A program made the position numbers and the translations under genes. A stretch of 64,000 bases of DNA, from positions 2,848,001-2,912,000 of the forward strand of contig JASGHG010000001.1 in the NCBI GenBank assembly GCA_047602425.1, read 5' to 3'. Below are positions 9,801 through 18,618 of the stretch, in pieces. The number at the start of each line of letters is the position of its first letter. Position 1 is the first letter of the stretch. Below the pieces are notes generated by a model. The model worked only from the letters and a program-made list of their open reading frames with translations, was not told where the DNA came from and ran no database searches. This DNA comes from Nibricoccus sp. GTDB lineage: Bacteria > Verrucomicrobiota > Verrucomicrobiia > Opitutales > Opitutaceae.

Positions 9801-10305
9801 GAACCTTTACATTGCGGAAATGGACACGCCGACCAGCATTGTTGGCAAACCTGTGATGCTCTCCAAACCGGATTTGCCGTGGGAGCAGATTCTATACTGG
9901 GTCAACGAAGGTCCGGCTGTGCTCAAGAAAAACGGCCGCATTTTTCTCACCTACTCGGCGAGCGGAACCGATGCGAACTATTGCATGGGCATGCTCACCG
10001 CCTCGGAAAACAGCGACCTGCTCGATCCGAAATCGTGGACGAAATCGCCCGAGCCGGTTTTCCGCACCGACGCCTCGGCCGGTCAGTACGGACCTGGACA
10101 CAATAGTTTTACGGTCATGCCGGACGGTACGACAGACGTGATGGTTTACCACGCGCGCAATTACGAAAAGATCGTTGGCAACCCGCTGCGCGATCCCAAC
10201 CGCCATGCCCGGGCGCAGGTCGTTCATTGGAAGCCCGATGGTACGCCGGATTTTGGCCGCCCGGTGCCCGACGTGCCGCCTGCGCTCGAACCCGAATTGT
10301 TTTAA
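6856..10305 (+). CDS. Secreted GH35 beta-galactosidase fused to C-terminal GH43 alpha-L-arabinofuranosidase
   Basis: GH35: GEFHYSRYP, YVFWIHHE, GPWCHGEVRNGGLPDW, QLENEY, CELGGG, YYMYHGGTNP, YDFQAPLGEYG. GH43 from about 9350: NPLVRQRADPF, WAPELH, ALDAT, VNEGPAV, GPGHNSF. Confidence 0.92.
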   Translation: MKNPLSGWLNVPVFLLTSALVSSAAPLTLTIPEPTAPTGGYFKMGTAKRPDGRELTVDSQSLRLDGKPWVTVMGEFHYSRYPQNEWRDELLKMRAGGIDIVATYVFWIHHEEEEGVFDWSGRRDLRKFVETAREAGLAVVVRCGPWCHGEVRNGGLPDWILKKGCKVRSDDPVYLEKARALYAQISRQLKGLLWKDGGPVVAVQLENEYGGPAEHLMTLKGIARDVGLDTPFYTRTGWPNLRTPAPLGELLPLYGSYADGFWHGEITPMPKNDWDRFLFPATRVDTGIGADLLGAQKAGDASDTLKYPFLTCELGGGMANSYHRRVLVDPRDIETIALLHVGAGSNLPGYYMYHGGTNPEGKLSSLQESIATNYPNDLPVKTYDFQAPLGEYGQTRPHYHRLRRLHLFLRDFGAELAGMTPVLPSERPKGREDLATLRWSVRSDGKSGFVFVNNYQRLQPMQAKPGVQFALTLPGGSSVTFPDQPVTVPADHAFFWPFNFDLGGAVLSYATAQPLCKVDAGDLRTVFFVQTPGVPTEFVFPNEGLSIQAVLGKLTKEQNRTRIANVATGLGASIRLINKVGQVFQIVVLDETDSLALWKGRWQGRDCAFFTRADLIVEKDALRIASSDATQRSIAILPAPAELEASGKKIGGESQGVFRTFKFETSSVVPAASCAVERLRPPGKAREIPFNTAKKPVAMAPVEADYTEAGVWRLTLPAGVDFSRNPLLRLHYVGDVARITLNGRLITDQYYNGVEFDLGLNRHLPEIDGGELKLEILPLKKDAPIYLAESAKPDFGNVESIAALTGVEIVYRDEVRFTPVKDSASKATDQAFANPLVRQRADPFVMRHTDGNYYFIATAPEFDRIELRRAPTIAGLGKAEPIVIWKKKASGPMSSYIWAPELHFIDGKWYIYFAAGGLEKEWGIRIYTLENASADPFSATWVEKGQFKTGWEAFALDATTFTHRGKRYFVWAQQDKAIKGNTNLYIAEMDTPTSIVGKPVMLSKPDLPWEQILYWVNEGPAVLKKNGRIFLTYSASGTDANYCMGMLTASENSDLLDPKSWTKSPEPVFRTDASAGQYGPGHNSFTVMPDGTTDVMVYHARNYEKIVGNPLRDPNRHARAQVVHWKPDGTPDFGRPVPDVPPALEPELF

Positions 10306-10341
10306 CGAACCTGTTGCCATTATCTAATCTCCTATTCTGCA

Positions 10342-12507
10342 ATGAATCTCGACACCGAACTCACCCGCCGTTCCGCAATCAAGATCCTCACCACGGCCGC
10401 CGCCGGTTTGTCGACGATGAAGCTGCCGGTCGGCGCCGTTCCCGCAACCAATTCCTCAACCCAACCCTCAGCTGGATCGCGCCCCATCGGCGCACCGCTT
10501 CCTCCCATGAAAGGTCTCTATCACGGCGCCGCCTACTATCCCGAGCTCTGGCCCGACTCACAGATTGACGAGGACATCGCGATCATGCGCGAGGTCGGCA
10601 TCAACGTTGTGCGCATGGGCGAATTCGCCTGGTCGAAGATGGAACCCGACGAGGGGCGCATCTCGCTCGATTACTTTGTACACGTGATGGACAAGCTTCA
10701 CGCTGCTGGCATTGCCACGGTTTTTTGCACGCCCACGCCTACGCCGCCGATCTGGCTCACGCATGGCCATCCGGAACGTTGCTATGTCAATGCCGATGGC
10801 GTCACAATGGTTCACGGCGCACGCCAGCACGCGAGCACCGATCATCCTGACGTGCAGGCGGCTTGTTGGAAGATCGTTGAAGCTTGTGCCAAGGCGGTGG
10901 GTCGGCATCCGGGCCTTGTCGCCTGGCAGACGGACAATGAATTCAAATGCCATGTGCAGGAGGATTTCAGCGAGGCCTCGGTGGCGGCCTGGCACAAGTG
11001 GCTCGAACGCCGCTATGGCACAATCGAGAAACTCAATGACGCGTGGGGAACCGAGATCTGGAGCCAACGTTACCAGCGCTTCGATCAGGTGCCCGCACCG
11101 CGCAAGACGCCTTTCACGCACAATCCTTCGCTCAGCACGGCGTACCTGCAATTTTCCCGCGATGCCATTGCGGAGTTTCAAGCCGAGCAGTGCAGGATTA
11201 TTCGGAAACACTCAGCGGCGCCAATCACGCACAATTTCAGTCTCGGCTTCGCCGTGAGCTTCGAGCGCATGTGCGAGGATTTGGATTTCGCGTCATTCGA
11301 CAACTACTCGCCAAGCGACAAGTACAACATCATCGTCATGAACTGCGACCTGTACCGGGCGGCCAAGCCGGGACGGCCGTTCTGGGTCATGGAGACGAGT
11401 TGCACGCACAATGGTTGGCTCAAGAGCTATGAGACACCGCACCCCCCGGGTTATTTGGTCGCGGAGGCGGTCGCTTGCTACGGCCTCGGCGCCGAGGCGT
11501 TTTGCTATTGGCTCTGGCGTCAACAACACACTGGTTGTGAACTTCCACACAGCGCGGTGATCAGTGCGTGGGGAAAACCCAGCATCGGCTTCGAGGCTGT
11601 GAAGAACGTTGAAAAAGCCCGCCGCGCGCTGCTGCCGCTGCTGGAGGCGACGGCTCCCGCGCCCGCCGAAGCTGCGCTCACGTGGTCGGACCGGGGAAAG
11701 ACATTTTTGCTAACCGAGCCTTTGGGAGAAAATGCAACCTACAAACTTGACTTCCGCCAGCAAATGTCGGCCTGGCACGAGCGGCTGATCGATGCCGGTC
11801 TGCCGCGCGATGTGCGTTTCGAAAACGCCTCGCTCGACGGACTGAAACTACTCGTCACACCGCTCATGCCCCATGTGAGCGACTCGTTTCGCGAGCGCGT
11901 GAAAGCGTTTGTCGAGCGCGGCGGCATCTGGATCTGCGGTCCCCTTACTGGCACGCGTACGGTTGAACATACGGTGCCGACCGATGCAGGCCTTGGCGCG
12001 CTCGATGCCCTCGCCGGTGTGGAAACGGTCTTCAGTTTCCCGGTGACCGGAGCGAATGCAACCGGGGAATTCCAAGGCGTCAAAGCTCCGCTCAGCGGCT
12101 GGTGCCACGCGTTTCGCCCGACGCACGCCGACACGAAAGTCGTTGGTGCGCTCAATTGCGATCTGGCGCCCGGTCTCGCGTTAATCACCGAACGCAAACT
12201 CGGACGCGGCGCTATCGTCATGCTCGGCGCGCAGCCGCAAGGCGACGAGGGAGCCGTGCTGCTTACGAAACTCCTTGCGCACTATGCCACGCAAGCCGGT
12301 GCAAACCGCATCGCCGCCAGCAAGGGCACGCTCGTCTGCCCGCGCGTTGCCAAGGATGGCCGAGTGCTTTGGCTCGCGGTCAATCTCGACGGCAAGGGCG
12401 GACAGGTCGAACTTCCTCGCACCGCCAAAGATTGCCTTTCCGGCGCATCCCTTGCCGCTGGTCCGCTAAAGTTAGCGCGTTACGAGCATCGCGCCGTTTG
12501 GCTCTGA
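10342..12507 (+). CDS. GH42 beta-galactosidase with twin-arginine signal
   Basis: GAAYYPELW, VRMGEFAWSKMEP, TPTPTPPIWL, WQTDNEF, LNDAWGT, WVMET; N-terminal TRRSAIK. Confidence 0.9.
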   Translation: MNLDTELTRRSAIKILTTAAAGLSTMKLPVGAVPATNSSTQPSAGSRPIGAPLPPMKGLYHGAAYYPELWPDSQIDEDIAIMREVGINVVRMGEFAWSKMEPDEGRISLDYFVHVMDKLHAAGIATVFCTPTPTPPIWLTHGHPERCYVNADGVTMVHGARQHASTDHPDVQAACWKIVEACAKAVGRHPGLVAWQTDNEFKCHVQEDFSEASVAAWHKWLERRYGTIEKLNDAWGTEIWSQRYQRFDQVPAPRKTPFTHNPSLSTAYLQFSRDAIAEFQAEQCRIIRKHSAAPITHNFSLGFAVSFERMCEDLDFASFDNYSPSDKYNIIVMNCDLYRAAKPGRPFWVMETSCTHNGWLKSYETPHPPGYLVAEAVACYGLGAEAFCYWLWRQQHTGCELPHSAVISAWGKPSIGFEAVKNVEKARRALLPLLEATAPAPAEAALTWSDRGKTFLLTEPLGENATYKLDFRQQMSAWHERLIDAGLPRDVRFENASLDGLKLLVTPLMPHVSDSFRERVKAFVERGGIWICGPLTGTRTVEHTVPTDAGLGALDALAGVETVFSFPVTGANATGEFQGVKAPLSGWCHAFRPTHADTKVVGALNCDLAPGLALITERKLGRGAIVMLGAQPQGDEGAVLLTKLLAHYATQAGANRIAASKGTLVCPRVAKDGRVLWLAVNLDGKGGQVELPRTAKDCLSGASLAAGPLKLARYEHRAVWL

Positions 12508-12540
12508 TAATCTATTCGTTTTCCGCCCATATCTCATCTT

Positions 12541-14112
12541 ATGAAAACTACCCTCAAATACGCCTGGCTCTGCATCGCTTCGGCTGGTTTGGCTCTGCTG
12601 GCCACCGCCCAAACTACTGCTCCCGCCCAAAAAACCGAGGCCACGCTGCGTGCCGACCAGCCTGGTCCCGTCATCAGTAAAAACATCTACGGGCAATTTG
12701 CCGAACACCTTGGTCGTTGCATTTACGAAGGCATCTGGGTTGGTCCCGATTCCACCATCCCCAACACTCGCGGCTATCGCAACGATGTGGTTGAAGCGTT
12801 GAAGAAACTGGCTGTGCCGCAATTGCGCTGGCCGGGCGGTTGTTTCGCCGACGAGTATCATTGGAAGGACGGCATTGGTCCGCGTGAAAAACGTCCTTCC
12901 ATCTACAATTCCCATTGGGGTGGCGTCGTGGAGAATAATCACTTCGGCACGCACGAGTTTCTCGATTTCTGCGAGCTCATTGGTACCGAACCATATGTCT
13001 GCCTCAATGTCGGCAGCGGCACCGTGCAGGAAGCGATGGAATGGGTGGAGTATATGACGTCCGACGCGACTTCTCCGATGGCAAACCTGCGCCGCGCCAA
13101 CGGTCGCGAGAAGCCTTGGAAAGTTCCCTTCTTCGCGGTCGGCAACGAAAGCTGGGGCTGCGGCGGCAACATGCGTCCCGAATTCTATGCGGACAATTAC
13201 CGTCGTTATAACACCTTCGTGAAAAATTACAGTGGCGCGAAGTCCTATCGCGTCGCGGGCGGTCCTAACTCCAGCGATTACAATTGGACTGAAGTGCTGA
13301 TGTCTGTCGCCGGAAAACAAATGAACGGCCTTTCGCTGCACTACTACACCCTGCCGACGGGCAGCTGGCGCGGCTCTAAAGGAAAATCCACCGGCTTTGG
13401 CGAAGATCAATGGTTCGCCACCATGGTGCAGACGCTCAAGATGGAAGAAATGCTGACGAAACACATCGCCATCATGGATCGCCACGATCCCGAAAAGAAA
13501 GTCGGGCTCGTCGTCGATGAATGGGGTACTTGGTATGACGAGGAGCCCGGTACGAAGGCGGGGTTCCTCTATCAGCAAAATACGATTCGCGATGCCATCG
13601 TTGCCGGCATCAATCTGCATCTCTTCCACAAGCAGGCCGATCGCGTGACGATGGCCAACATCGCGCAGATGATCAACGTGCTTCAGGCCATGATACTGAC
13701 CGACAAGGAAAAGATGATCCTCACGCCGACTTATCACGTCTTCGAGATGTATAAACCGCACCAGGACGCTACCTACCTACCGGTTGAACTCTCTTCTCCG
13801 ACCTACACGTTTGGAGGAAAATCGATTCCTGCGGTCAGCGCCTCGGCCTCGCGTGACAAGGCCGGCCTCGTGCACCTCTCGCTTGTCAATTGCGAGCCGA
13901 ACAACGCGCACGTTGTCTCGGTTAAACTCGCCGGCCTGACTGCCAAAGGCGTTACCGGTCGCCTCCTGACCGCACCTGCAATGGACAGCCACAACACCTT
14001 CGCCGAACCAAATGTCGTGCACCCCGTCGCCTTCACCGGCGCGACGTTGAAGGGCGACACGCTCGAAATCGCGCTCCCCGCGAAGTCCGTCGTGATGCTC
14101 GAACTGAAATAG
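12541..14112 (+). CDS. abfA: GH51 alpha-L-arabinofuranosidase, secreted
   Basis: [52 protein letters not shown]; signal peptide. Confidence 0.95.
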   Translation: MKTTLKYAWLCIASAGLALLATAQTTAPAQKTEATLRADQPGPVISKNIYGQFAEHLGRCIYEGIWVGPDSTIPNTRGYRNDVVEALKKLAVPQLRWPGGCFADEYHWKDGIGPREKRPSIYNSHWGGVVENNHFGTHEFLDFCELIGTEPYVCLNVGSGTVQEAMEWVEYMTSDATSPMANLRRANGREKPWKVPFFAVGNESWGCGGNMRPEFYADNYRRYNTFVKNYSGAKSYRVAGGPNSSDYNWTEVLMSVAGKQMNGLSLHYYTLPTGSWRGSKGKSTGFGEDQWFATMVQTLKMEEMLTKHIAIMDRHDPEKKVGLVVDEWGTWYDEEPGTKAGFLYQQNTIRDAIVAGINLHLFHKQADRVTMANIAQMINVLQAMILTDKEKMILTPTYHVFEMYKPHQDATYLPVELSSPTYTFGGKSIPAVSASASRDKAGLVHLSLVNCEPNNAHVVSVKLAGLTAKGVTGRLLTAPAMDSHNTFAEPNVVHPVAFTGATLKGDTLEIALPAKSVVMLELK

Positions 14113-14138
14113 CTCTGATCTCAAATATTTCTCTTAGC

Positions 14139-14167
14139 AAAGCCGGGGATTTTTCCCCGGCTTTTTT
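14139..14167 (+). terminator. Intrinsic terminator of the glycosidase operon
   Basis: aaagccgggga-tttt-tccccggcttt followed by T-run. Confidence 0.88.
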
Positions 14168-14234
14168 CCTTTTCTTCAGAACACCGCAAATCGGAAACTC
14201 CCCGCCCCAAAATATGCGACACTCAACCGGCAAC

Positions 14235-14255
14235 TTGTCACGTAATACGTGACAA
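14235..14255. repeat. Perfect 21-bp palindrome ttgtcacgta-a-tacgtgacaa
   Basis: 10-bp perfect arms, 1-nt centre, between convergent abfA and larB. Confidence 0.8.
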
Positions 14256-14344
14256 ACGGTTTGGAATATTTCCAAATGGGTGCGGATAGCGAAAGCGGTG
14301 CTATCGCTGGAAAACGGTAGCGAGAGCAGAGCCCGGCGACGGAG

Positions 14345-15097
14345 TTACAGCCGGTTGATGTTGCTGGCGGCGCAAGCGGCGCCGAAACCGTTGTCGATGT
14401 TTACGACAGTAATTCCAGGAGCACAACTATTGAGCATCGCCAGCAAGGCGGCCAAGCCGCCGAAACTGGCGCCATAACCAATGCTGGTCGGTACTGCGAT
14501 GATCGGCTTGCTGACCAAGCCGCCCAGGACGCTCGGCAACGCGCCTTCCATACCGGCCACGGCAATAATGGCGCGGGCATCGCGGATGATTTCGAGGCGG
14601 TTCATCAGCCGATGCAGTCCGGCGACTCCGACGTCGTAAATTCGTTCGACGCGGTTGCCGAATACTTCGGCAGTGATTGCGGCTTCCTCGGCGACGGGTA
14701 GGTCGGAGGTGCCGGCGGCTACGACGGCGATATAGTTCTTAGGCGTTTCTGATGGTTTTTCTAGTCGGCGGACGATGGTGCGTGAAGTCGGGTCATGCAC
14801 GAGTGCGGGCGAAAGATCTTTTGCCGCTTCCCAGTGCGAGGGTTCCGCCCGAGTAGCGAGAATGGGGCTTACACCTTTGAGCATGCGTTCAAGAATGCCA
14901 CGGACCTGTGAAGGTGTTTTGCCGGCGCAGTAAATCACTTCAGGATGGCCGGTGCGAAGTTCGCGGTGCGAATCAAGTTGCGCGTAGCCACCGACAAAGG
15001 CCGAGGGAAAATCCTTCAGCTCTCCGAGTGCGGCCGTGAGATCGGTTTCCCCGCGGCGATAACGTTCGAGAATTTGGGAGAGCGTTTCGCGGTTCAT
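14345..15097 (-). CDS. larB: Nickel-pincer cofactor biosynthesis protein LarB
   Basis: LDSHRELRTGHPEVIY, AGTSDLPVAEEA, YDVGVAGLHRL, AGMEGALPSV, PTSIGYG, NSCAPG, VNIDNGFGA. Confidence 0.96.
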   Translation of the reverse strand: MNRETLSQILERYRRGETDLTAALGELKDFPSAFVGGYAQLDSHRELRTGHPEVIYCAGKTPSQVRGILERMLKGVSPILATRAEPSHWEAAKDLSPALVHDPTSRTIVRRLEKPSETPKNYIAVVAAGTSDLPVAEEAAITAEVFGNRVERIYDVGVAGLHRLMNRLEIIRDARAIIAVAGMEGALPSVLGGLVSKPIIAVPTSIGYGASFGGLAALLAMLNSCAPGITVVNIDNGFGAACAASNINRL

Positions 15098-15123
15098 TTG
15101 GTGTCAGGTTGAATGGTTCGTTT

Positions 15124-15147
15124 GTAGGAGCGGCTTTAGGCCGCGAT
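15124..15147 (+). repeat. GTAG-family REP-like element
   Basis: gtaggagcggctttaggccgcgat: GTAG tetranucleotide followed by gcggc-tttag-gccgc hairpin. Confidence 0.6.
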
Positions 15148-15160
15148 GGTTTTATCAAAC

Positions 15161-15300
15161 TCCGGCATTTTGCACAGAAGGTGACAAAGGGAACGAAGAG
15201 TGGGTGAGGGTTTCCTTATCCAAGTCTCAGAGCTTGGAAGTTTGAATTTTAGGAGTCAGCGGCGCTTCGTTGCCTTCGTGTGCTTCTGTAAAATGCTGGA
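15161..15300. repeat. 140-bp element bounded by imperfect inverted repeats of the 9-nt-periodic family
   Basis: tccggcattttgcacagaaggtgacaaagggaacgaag (15161-15198) pairs with cttcgttgccttcgtgtgcttctgtaaaatgctgga (15265-15300). Confidence 0.75.
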
Positions 15301-15321
15301 GGGATCGCCTGCAAGTAGGTC

Positions 15322-16620
15322 CTACACTTTGCGGCGGGCGATTTCAGCGAGCACGGCCTGTTCAACTTCGCGTAGCGGGAGGCCGCGTTCCGTGGCGATG
15401 CGGCGCAGGTCGTCATGTTCGGGTTTGCTCTTGATCGCGCGACCGTCGAGCGAGCCAGTCTTCACGCGCACGGGACCGAAGGACGTTGCGATTTCCTCAA
15501 CGCTGCGGTCGAGCATGATCTTGCTGACTTCGCGGCGACGGAGGCCAAGCGTGGTGGTTTCACGAAGAAAAACATCGGTGATGGCTGCTTCGCGTTCGGG
15601 CAGACAGAGCGCGGAAAGCATCATGGCCGGGCGCGATTTTTTCATGAGGATGGGTGTGATCCATGCGTCGCTCGCGCCGGAGGCGAGCAGGCGTTCAAGA
15701 ACGTAGCCGGCGGTTTCGCCGGTCATATCGTCGATGTTGCATTCCAAAACGACGGCGGTGGCGCGGTCTTTATTAGCGGGAGTGGCTGGTGCGGCAATTG
15801 TGGCGGTTTCACGTGTGGCGAGAAAAACGCGCAGGAGATTTGGAATGGGACCATCTTTGTGACCGATGCCGTAGCCCACGCGCTCGATGGAAAAATCCAT
15901 CGTGTTGGTGAAGCCATCGGCACTGGCGACCAGAATGGCCGCGCCGGTGGGCGTGGTGGCTTCAAAGGGGACCGTGCCGGCCCGGACCGGAGCGCCGCGC
16001 AAAATATCCGAAGTGGCCGGAGCGGGCACAGGTAAACGACCATGGGCGCATTTCACGAAACCGCTGCCGAGTTCCACCGTTGAAACATGGATGCGATCGG
16101 GCTTAAGCCAGTCGAGCGCGATCGCTGCACCGACGATATCGATGATCGAATCGATGGCGCCGACTTCGTGAAATGCGACGTCGTCGACGGACATGCCGTG
16201 GATTTTTGCTTCGGCGCGCGCGAGACAAGCGAAAATAGCAAGTGCCCGGCGTTTCGCGCCAGCGCTGATACTGCTGCGCTCGATCAATGCCACGATGTCG
16301 GCATGGGCGCGATGTTCATGGGGTTGGACGTCGTGTCCGTGTTGGTGCGGATGCGGGTGCGGGTGAGGTTTGGGGCTGGATGTTGGTTGGGCCGATGGCG
16401 CGGCGAGATGGCTTCCGTCGGCAAGGATCACGTCGGCGCGCGTGCCGCCGATGCCTTTGCGGGCGTCGCGGGTAAACTGCAATTTCCAACCATCGAGGCC
16501 GAGTTTGTTGAGTTCTTTTTCGAGGTAATCGGCTGGCACGCCCAAATCGACCATGGCACCCAGATGCATGTCGCCCGAGATGCCGGCGGAGCAGTCGTAG
16601 TAGAGAATGCGTTCAGCCAT
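15322..16620 (-). CDS. larC: Nickel insertase (cyclometallase) LarC, single uninterrupted ORF
   Basis: YYDCSAGISGDMHLGA, His-rich insert, AEAKIHG, FHEVGAIDSIIDI, AHGRLPVPAPAT, TPTGAA, ECNIDD, MKKSRP, ETTTLG. Confidence 0.96.
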   Translation of the reverse strand: MAERILYYDCSAGISGDMHLGAMVDLGVPADYLEKELNKLGLDGWKLQFTRDARKGIGGTRADVILADGSHLAAPSAQPTSSPKPHPHPHPHQHGHDVQPHEHRAHADIVALIERSSISAGAKRRALAIFACLARAEAKIHGMSVDDVAFHEVGAIDSIIDIVGAAIALDWLKPDRIHVSTVELGSGFVKCAHGRLPVPAPATSDILRGAPVRAGTVPFEATTPTGAAILVASADGFTNTMDFSIERVGYGIGHKDGPIPNLLRVFLATRETATIAAPATPANKDRATAVVLECNIDDMTGETAGYVLERLLASGASDAWITPILMKKSRPAMMLSALCLPEREAAITDVFLRETTTLGLRRREVSKIMLDRSVEEIATSFGPVRVKTGSLDGRAIKSKPEHDDLRRIATERGLPLREVEQAVLAEIARRKV

Positions 16621-17449
16621 TTTTTTGGGCGCGGTTCAGGACGCGATTAAGACTACCCGTCTGGTAACCTTCAAGCTCCAGCGTGACATAGCGAAAACCC
16701 ACGGCCTTGATCTCGCGCGAAACGGCGTCGAGCGTGCAGGTATCGAAAAATCCACTACGTTCGCCGGGCGCGACTTCAATGCGAGCGATGTCGCCATGGT
16801 GACGCACGCGGCATTGGCGGAAACCGTGGGAGCGGAGGATTTGTTCGGCACGGTCGATGGCGGTGAGTTTTTCCAAGGTAATGCGTTCGCCGTAGGGCAC
16901 GCGTGAACCGAGGCAGGCGGCGGCGGGTTTATCCCAGGTAGGCAGTCCAAGTTCGCGGGAAAGTGCGCGAATGTCGGCCTTGTGCAGGCCGGCTTCGCGC
17001 AGCGGGCTGCACACGCCGAGTTCGGAAAGAGCCGTCAAGCCGGGGCGATAATCGGATTCGTCGTCGAGATTGGATCCATCGAGCACGACACGGATGCCTT
17101 TTTCGAGAGCGAGCTCGGCGATCCGGCCGAACTCGATTTTTTTGCAAAAATAGCATCGGTTGATCGGATTGGCGGCAATGGGTTCGTCGAGGTCTTTATC
17201 CTCAACCAAGTGGTGTTCGATTCCGGTCAGCGCGGCGATTTCCTTGGCCGTCGCAAGATCGTCCGAGGGCATCATTGGCGACACCATGGTGATCGCTATG
17301 GAATTGTCGCCCACCGCGTCGCGCGCTGCTTTGCAGAGAAAACTGCTGTCGACGCCTCCGGAGAATGCCACGGCCACGCGGCCATGTTTCGTGATGATGG
17401 CGAGAAGTCGCTGATATTTCTCTTCGAGGGAGGAATCGTTTTTGTGCAC
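16613..17449 (-). CDS. larE: ATP-dependent sulfur transferase LarE
   Basis: PP-loop AFSGGVDS, RCYFCK, DGSNLDD, YRPG, WDKPAAACLGSRVPYG; probable GTG start at 17449; overlaps larC start. Confidence 0.95.
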   Translation of the reverse strand: MHKNDSSLEEKYQRLLAIITKHGRVAVAFSGGVDSSFLCKAARDAVGDNSIAITMVSPMMPSDDLATAKEIAALTGIEHHLVEDKDLDEPIAANPINRCYFCKKIEFGRIAELALEKGIRVVLDGSNLDDESDYRPGLTALSELGVCSPLREAGLHKADIRALSRELGLPTWDKPAAACLGSRVPYGERITLEKLTAIDRAEQILRSHGFRQCRVRHHGDIARIEVAPGERSGFFDTCTLDAVSREIKAVGFRYVTLELEGYQTGSLNRVLNRAQKNG

Positions 17450-17667
17450 GGATAAACTGAGTCGTTCTTTTTGCGCGGCGCAACCGTCGGAAGCCAGTGG
17501 AAATTTCTCTAACACCAGACGCTTCCGAAATCCCCCGCGTAACGTCGTCGCTGTGTTTTTGTTGTGGAAAACGGGCGGTGCCGGGAAACAAGTGTGTTTG
17601 TTGCCGCGGCGTTGCAGAATCGCTCGCCTTTGCGCTGCCCGTGCACATGGTCTGCCCACCAGCCCAC

Positions 17668-18618
17668 ATGCACGTTCCGGATGGATTTATAGATGTGAAA
17701 ACAGCCGTCACTGCCTCCGCGCTCGCGGTGGCTGGACTGGGTGTTGCCCTGCGTCAAGTGCGGCGCGAGCTTCCTGCGCGGCGCGTACCGCTGCTCGGAC
17801 TCGGCGCGGCATTTGTCTTCGCCGCCCAGATGGTGAATTTTCCCGTGGTCGGCGGCACTTCGGGGCATTTGGTTGGCGGGACTTTGATCGCGGCGTTAAT
17901 CGGCGTGCCCGCGGCGGTGGTTGTGATGACTACCGTGTTGATTTCGCAATGCTTTCTTTTTGCCGATGGCGGTGTGACCGCGTTGGGCGTCAATGTTTTT
18001 AACATGGCGGTGCTGGCGCCGGCGGTTGGTTATGTAATTTATCGTGGCGTTGCGCGTTTTATGCCCGGATTGCGCGGGCAACTCACAGGGATCATGTTCG
18101 CTGGTTGGTGTTCGACGGTGGCGGCGGCAATCGCATGTGCCGGTCAACTGGCCTGGTCAAAGACTGTGGCGTGGTCCGCGGCATTTCCTGCGATGGCGGG
18201 CATTCATCTGCTCATTGGGCTGGGCGAGGGAGCGATCAGCGCCCTGGTGTTTTTTGCAGTGGCGAAAGCTCGGCCGGAAATTGTCTCGAGCACGCCAACC
18301 GGGGTCGTGAGCGGTTTTGTCGGTTACGGATTGTTGGCGACATTAGGTGTCGTATTGTTTGCAGCGCCTTTTGCCTGCCCGTGGCCCGATGGGCTCGAAG
18401 CGGTGGCGACAAAACTGGGATTTGAACACGCTGCGACGGAATCGATAAACGCGCCAATGACAGGCTATCTGTTACCAGGAATCGGTTCGTCCGGCGTCGC
18501 GACCGCGCTCGCCGGGATCTCAGGTGCCTTGATCGTGTTTGGCCTCGCGATTTTGCTCAGCCGGCTGCTCGTGAAGCCCCGGTCAACTTCAGAAGAAGCA
18601 GAAATTTCGCAGACATGA
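17668..18618 (+). CDS. cbiM: Ni/Co ECF transporter substrate component CbiM/NikM fused to PDGLE (NikN-like) domain
   Basis: MHVPDGF metal-binding N-terminus, FAAQMVNFP, GTSGHLVGG, ADGG, GEG, WPDGLE. Confidence 0.92.
   Translation: MHVPDGFIDVKTAVTASALAVAGLGVALRQVRRELPARRVPLLGLGAAFVFAAQMVNFPVVGGTSGHLVGGTLIAALIGVPAAVVVMTTVLISQCFLFADGGVTALGVNVFNMAVLAPAVGYVIYRGVARFMPGLRGQLTGIMFAGWCSTVAAAIACAGQLAWSKTVAWSAAFPAMAGIHLLIGLGEGAISALVFFAVAKARPEIVSSTPTGVVSGFVGYGLLATLGVVLFAAPFACPWPDGLEAVATKLGFEHAATESINAPMTGYLLPGIGSSGVATALAGISGALIVFGLAILLSRLLVKPRSTSEEAEISQT

Noticed and set aside
17450..17667. NiCo or cobalamin riboswitch, or NikR operator, between larE and cbiM
   Set aside because: No recognisable conserved riboswitch core or GTATGA-N16-TCATAC-like dyad by eye; a covariance search would be needed
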